NCBI GenBank assembly: GCA_036677065.1
Contig: JAKFBS010000002.1
Span: 192,001 to 256,000, forward strand
From: Bdellovibrio sp.
Lineage (GTDB): Bacteria; Bdellovibrionota; Bdellovibrionia; Bdellovibrionales; Bdellovibrionaceae
DNA length: 64,000 bases
Direction: 5' to 3'
Under the pieces are notes generated by a model. That model saw nothing but the letters and a program-made list of their open reading frames with translations. It ran no database searches and had not been told where the DNA came from. A program made the position numbers and the translations under genes. Numbering within the stretch: the first letter of the stretch is position 1; each line of letters begins with the position of its first letter. Below are positions 59,804 through 64,000 of this stretch, piece after piece.

Positions 59804-60799
59804 CTATTGTGGTACTGGGTTAAAGCACGCAACTGATTGTTCGCGGCCACTTGAATTTGTAAATGGAAGCATTGGTGGCTTGTTCGTCCAGCATTCAGTT
59901 TTTACACGGGCGCAACGAGTTGCGAACGGGCAGCCACTTGGTAATTCATGCGGAGCCGGAACCGAGCCTTCGATTGTTTTTAAACGTTTCGAATGTACAC
60001 CAATGCGCGGACGCGATTCGATTAATGCAGCAGTGTAGGGATGGCGAGGTGAAGTTAATACATCTTGAGTATTACCTTTTTCGCACATTTGCCCACCGTA
60101 CATGACTAACACATTATCTGACACTTCAGAAATAACACCCAGATCATGAGTGATAAACTGAACTGACATATTCATTTTTTCTTGTAAGCTTTGGAATAAT
60201 TCTAAAATTTGCGCCTGAATCGTAACATCAAGAGCCGTAGTAGGTTCATCGGCAATCAACATGATCGGGTTGCATGATAGAGCCATGGCGATCATCGCAC
60301 GTTGGCGCATACCACCTGATAAATGATGGGGGTATGAAGTATAACGTTCAGCCGCTGAAGGAATGCCCACTAATTGCAACATTTCGATCGCACGGTCACG
60401 AGAATCTTTAGCGTTTAATTTTAAATGTTTTTGGATTTGTTCATCCATTTGATAACCGATGGTTAACACTGGATTTAAAGCAGTCATAGGCTCTTGAAAA
60501 ATCATCGCCATTTTTCCGCCACGGATGGCTTCCATTTGTTGTGGCGTTTGTTTAACCAGATCAACACTGCCCATGCCTGGAGCTGTTAAAATAGCAGAAC
60601 CGTGAGTGATTTTTCCCGGTGTGGCTACGAGTTGCATTAATGAAAAAGAAGTTACGGATTTGCCGCAACCAGATTCGCCAACGATACCTAAAGTTTCGCC
60701 TTTACCGATATCATAAGAAATACGGTTAACCGCGTGAAATGGGCCGGTTTTTAAAAAAAATGTAGTCTCAAGTTCGCGAACTTTTAAAACGGGTTCCAA
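59804..60799 (-). CDS. oppD: Peptide ABC transporter ATPase
   Basis: [24 protein letters not shown]. Confidence 0.93.
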   Translation of the reverse strand: MEPVLKVRELETTFFLKTGPFHAVNRISYDIGKGETLGIVGESGCGKSVTSFSLMQLVATPGKITHGSAILTAPGMGSVDLVKQTPQQMEAIRGGKMAMIFQEPMTALNPVLTIGYQMDEQIQKHLKLNAKDSRDRAIEMLQLVGIPSAAERYTSYPHHLSGGMRQRAMIAMALSCNPIMLIADEPTTALDVTIQAQILELFQSLQEKMNMSVQFITHDLGVISEVSDNVLVMYGGQMCEKGNTQDVLTSPRHPYTAALIESRPRIGVHSKRLKTIEGSVPAPHELPSGCPFATRCARVKTECWTNKPPMLPFTNSSGREQSVACFNPVPQ

Positions 60800-60820
60800 T
60801 GCGCTATTCCCTCATTGTTA

Positions 60821-60852
60821 AACAAGAAGTACCTATAAAGGGACTTCTTGTT
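60821..60852 (-). terminator. Hairpin between sohB and oppD
   Basis: AACAAGAAGT...ACTTCTTGTT inverted repeat. Confidence 0.5.
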
Positions 60853-60931
60853 GTGCTTTTAGTACATTAACTCCAGTTATAAATAAAGCAGCCATGACGT
60901 TAATGCGTAGCAGAATTAGTTGTTTCGCTGA

Positions 60932-61960
60932 TTAAGCTCTTGTCTCTAGGCTTTGTTTTTTAGCAGCAAAATGACTAATTAGTTTGTCGATAGTTAAAGA
61001 AACACTTTTACTTAAGGCGCCTGAGATCTTATCTGACAGGCTTGGTTTTTTCTCGCAAGAAACTTTTAAAACTTTGTGAGTTTTAGTTTTGTTTAAGATG
61101 TAATCATCGCTTGTTTGAATTTTATCAACTAAGTTTAATTCCAAAGCAGTTTGACCATACCAGTATTCGCCCGTTGCCACTTTTTCCATGTCTAATTGCG
61201 GGCGGTATTTGCCTACAAAGCCTTTAAATAGAAGGTGAGTGATCTCAAGCTGTTCGCGAAATTTAGCTTCACCTTTTTCAGTGATTTCGCCAAAAATGCT
61301 GACTGTGCGTTTGTAGTCTCCGGCTGTGTACTCTTTGTATTCAACATCGTGTTTTTTAAGCAGTCGATTGAAGTTCGGAACTTGAGCGACAACGCCGATT
61401 GAGCCGATGATCGCAAAAGGGGATGCAATGATTTTATGAGCTACACAAGACATCAGGTAGCCACCGCTGGCCGCCACTTTGTCTACGCAGACAGTCACTT
61501 GTAAGCCAGCTTCACGCAGGCGCAAAATTTGAGCGGCTGCTAAGCCATAGCCGTGCACGACGCCGCCGGGACTTTCGATACGTAAGATCACTTCGTCGTC
61601 TTTTTGTGCCACAGTTAACACAGCATTGATTTCTTCTTTTAAATGTTCAACCGAAGAGGCTTCGACGTCGCCTTTAAGAAAGTCGATTAAGTAACTGTAT
61701 TTTTTTGGATTTTTATCTTCTTCTTTAGCTTCTTTTTTTAAGCGCTTTTTTTCTTTTTTAAAATCGGCATCTGTCAGGATGATTGAGTTTAAAGCTTCTT
61801 TTTGTTCATCGATTTTATCGTTGATGATTTCAACTTCAAAAGCTTTTGCCATTTTTGTTTTAACTGCGGCGCCGGCAATTGTTAAAATTACGGCTACGAT
61901 CGCTAAAACTATAATCAGTGTTTGTCCGAAGAATAAACCTAATTGCTGAAGAATTTCCAT
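60932..61960 (-). CDS. sohB: S49-family protease SohB
   Basis: ESPGGVVHGYGLAA, VDKVAASGGY, GSIGVVAQ.PNF, TAGDYKRT, VATGE. Confidence 0.93.
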   Translation of the reverse strand: MEILQQLGLFFGQTLIIVLAIVAVILTIAGAAVKTKMAKAFEVEIINDKIDEQKEALNSIILTDADFKKEKKRLKKEAKEEDKNPKKYSYLIDFLKGDVEASSVEHLKEEINAVLTVAQKDDEVILRIESPGGVVHGYGLAAAQILRLREAGLQVTVCVDKVAASGGYLMSCVAHKIIASPFAIIGSIGVVAQVPNFNRLLKKHDVEYKEYTAGDYKRTVSIFGEITEKGEAKFREQLEITHLLFKGFVGKYRPQLDMEKVATGEYWYGQTALELNLVDKIQTSDDYILNKTKTHKVLKVSCEKKPSLSDKISGALSKSVSLTIDKLISHFAAKKQSLETRA

Positions 61961-62109
61961 AAAGTTCCTTTGCCTGATTCTCAATTTCATTGAGGCTGAT
62001 GCGAAAAGTTACTGTAAAACTGAACCAAGATAAAGACAAAAGTCGGGAAATGACGTGAAATTATGCGAGATATGACGCTAAGTTTTAGTAAATATGAGAT
62101 AAATATGGG

Positions 62110-62862
62110 GTGAGATATTTGCTCTTACTTCTTAGCTGTATAGTTTTTAGTATGAAATGCTTCGCTTACGATCAGGAATTAGCTGATCGTTTAAAGGAAG
62201 AGCTTCAGCATGAAACCAATCGCCGCAAAGCTTATACAGAATTTCAAGACGAAAAGAAAAAAACTGAAAAAGAACAAAATAAAGGCTTAGCTCTTTGGAT
62301 TGAAGAACAAGAGCAATGGGATTCAACCCGCGAAAAATCTGTTTTTGAATACAAGAAAAATAAACGTCCAACACCGCAAGAATTTTCTAAAGAGTACTAT
62401 GCTGACTTAGCTGAAAAAGAGCGCGGTCAACGTGTTGTTGAAGAAGGCCGCAAACAACATATTCAAATTAAGAAAAACATCATCGCGCAATATCAGCCAA
62501 AAGATGTGGTCAGTGAAGAAGAAGAATTAGCAATTTTTAATCAGCGTCCACGTTATGATTTACGTAAACGTGGCCGTAATAAATGGACTAAATCTGGTGC
62601 AGGAATCGGCGGCGGCCAAAGCGGGGCACCTTCGGGCGGGTATAATAGCGGCGGTTTTCAGGGCGGCGGCGATAGTTTTGATTTTCCACCACCTCCACCA
62701 GCTGATTTCGGTGTTCCGCAAGATAATTTCGATGATTTTCCGCCACCACCGCCTCCGACATCGGATTTTGGTAATGCGCCAGGAATGTATGATTCAGGTT
62801 TTGGTGATGCGCCAATTCCGCCACCACCGCCTCCTCCACCAGAAGGTGGATGGGACTTCTAG
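62110..62862 (+). CDS. Secreted coiled-coil protein with Gly-rich linker and polyproline tail
   Basis: Signal peptide; three polyproline runs; ends EGGWDF. Confidence 0.75.
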   Translation: MRYLLLLLSCIVFSMKCFAYDQELADRLKEELQHETNRRKAYTEFQDEKKKTEKEQNKGLALWIEEQEQWDSTREKSVFEYKKNKRPTPQEFSKEYYADLAEKERGQRVVEEGRKQHIQIKKNIIAQYQPKDVVSEEEELAIFNQRPRYDLRKRGRNKWTKSGAGIGGGQSGAPSGGYNSGGFQGGGDSFDFPPPPPADFGVPQDNFDDFPPPPPPTSDFGNAPGMYDSGFGDAPIPPPPPPPPEGGWDF

Positions 62863-62869
62863 TTAATAG

Positions 62870-63610
62870 CTAGTTGTTCGCTTTGGGCTCGACAAGTTCT
62901 TTAATGAAAAGATCGTTGGTTGTCAGCCCTGTAAGTGCAGTCATTTTTCTGAACGTATAATATAAAATTGCGCCTAAAAAGATGATCGACGGGATCAGGA
63001 TCACGAGCAGTGAATACATCGTCATCTGGCCTAATTGTTGATTTAATAAATCTTGTTTTTGTTCGGTAGTCAGAGTCTCGGCAAGTGGGGTAAAAATCTT
63101 CAACGCCAGAAAAAAGTTTAAAAGTGCACTCATTAAAAATGACAGCGATAATAATTGTGTCGATTTTTGCATAAGGTTTTTAAAATCTTGTTCTTTGCTT
63201 GTTTCCGCGATTTTTGCCTGAATTTTATCAACATCAAAAGCAGATGGATTTAAAAATAAAGATTCAAAAAACGGGTTTTTTCCGTAACTAGAAAATAAAA
63301 CAAACACGCCGATCAGCAGAGGAAAAAGCGCTTCTTTGATCGCAAACCAAATTCCACCCAGAGCCATTAACGATAAGGTTCCTGAAATTAAAATATTCAA
63401 CAAACCTAAGAGCGAAATAAAATCCATTTTTTTATTTTTAAAAATTGAATAAATTCCTGAACACAGTGGCAGGGCTAACGCTAAAACTAAAGCGTTGGCT
63501 GGGGTTAAACCCCATTTGCTGCCTTTATTTAAAATATAAACCGGTAAAATAATATTTACCAAGATATGTGAAAAGCCTGTGTTGGTGCTAGATTTTGCTT
63601 TGGTTGCCAT
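62870..63610 (-). CDS. VC0807-like membrane protein
   Basis: NIILP..IL, WFAIKEA.FP, F..SA.LNF.LA motifs. Confidence 0.7.
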   Translation of the reverse strand: MATKAKSSTNTGFSHILVNIILPVYILNKGSKWGLTPANALVLALALPLCSGIYSIFKNKKMDFISLLGLLNILISGTLSLMALGGIWFAIKEALFPLLIGVFVLFSSYGKNPFFESLFLNPSAFDVDKIQAKIAETSKEQDFKNLMQKSTQLLSLSFLMSALLNFFLALKIFTPLAETLTTEQKQDLLNQQLGQMTMYSLLVILIPSIIFLGAILYYTFRKMTALTGLTTNDLFIKELVEPKANN

Positions 63611-63747
63611 AGGATGACGATTGTCATCTGATCATTGATTTAACGTCAATGACTTAAAATAATTCTGCTTTTATTTTAAGCTTTACGCGCTACGAGATTG
63701 CAAAGTGTGAAACGCCGAGATTCAATTGTGGCATAGGAGAGTTTCAC

Positions 63748-64000
63748 GTGAACACATCAATCAAAGTTTCTATTTTAGTCTCGGTACTAATGCTAACTGG
63801 ATCATGCGCAATGATTCAAAAATTAACTTGTAATACAAATAATGCAAAAAGCTCGGGCGCAAGAGATGCAACTAACGGTAACATTAATATGCCAGGGTTA
63901 AAATCAGGCGATTCTTGCGAAGGTGAATACACGGGCTCACAATTTCAAGCTGACTACCGTCAGGGATTTGAAGAAAAGAAAAATCAAATTTGTCAAATCG
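63748..64000 (+). CDS. Lipoprotein, possibly DUF2799-like (runs off the window end)
   Basis: AGGAG RBS, GTG start, MNTSIKVSILVSVLMLTGSC lipobox, C...G..D...G...C...Y..G...C pattern. Confidence 0.6.
   Translation, partial: MNTSIKVSILVSVLMLTGSCAMIQKLTCNTNNAKSSGARDATNGNINMPGLKSGDSCEGEYTGSQFQADYRQGFEEKKNQICQI

Overview
AT-rich bacterial chromosome segment. Gene content (many secreted hypothetical proteins, orphan substrate-binding proteins, abundant two-component genes, prepilin cluster) suggests a Bdellovibrionota-like organism; this is inference, not a database result. The housekeeping backbone comprises queA, tgt-yajC-secD-secF-recJ-queC-DUF366, photolyase, nrnA, greA, tatA, an opp/dpp ABC operon and sohB. 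The most unusual parts are: (i) 6.6-16.8 kb, a tandem array of three sensor-kinase cassettes, each preceded by a shared promoter-like block at ~3.8 kb spacing, two of them with a complete tRNA-Leu(GAG) copy and the first with a possible decayed one, and no integrase; (ii) 17.4-17.8 kb, an unannotated transcript with AGGA-loop hairpins (CsrA-site-like), a 33-aa membrane peptide ORF and a terminator; (iii) a sigma28-type promoter in front of a minor-pilin-like cluster ending in a His-motif membrane protein; (iv) a receiver-less duplicate of an OmpR-family regulator that keeps the same upstream 11-bp repeats; (v) a recurring intergenic palindrome (TCA-N3-TGA core) upstream of secreted genes. All calls come from reading sequence and motifs only; no searches were run.
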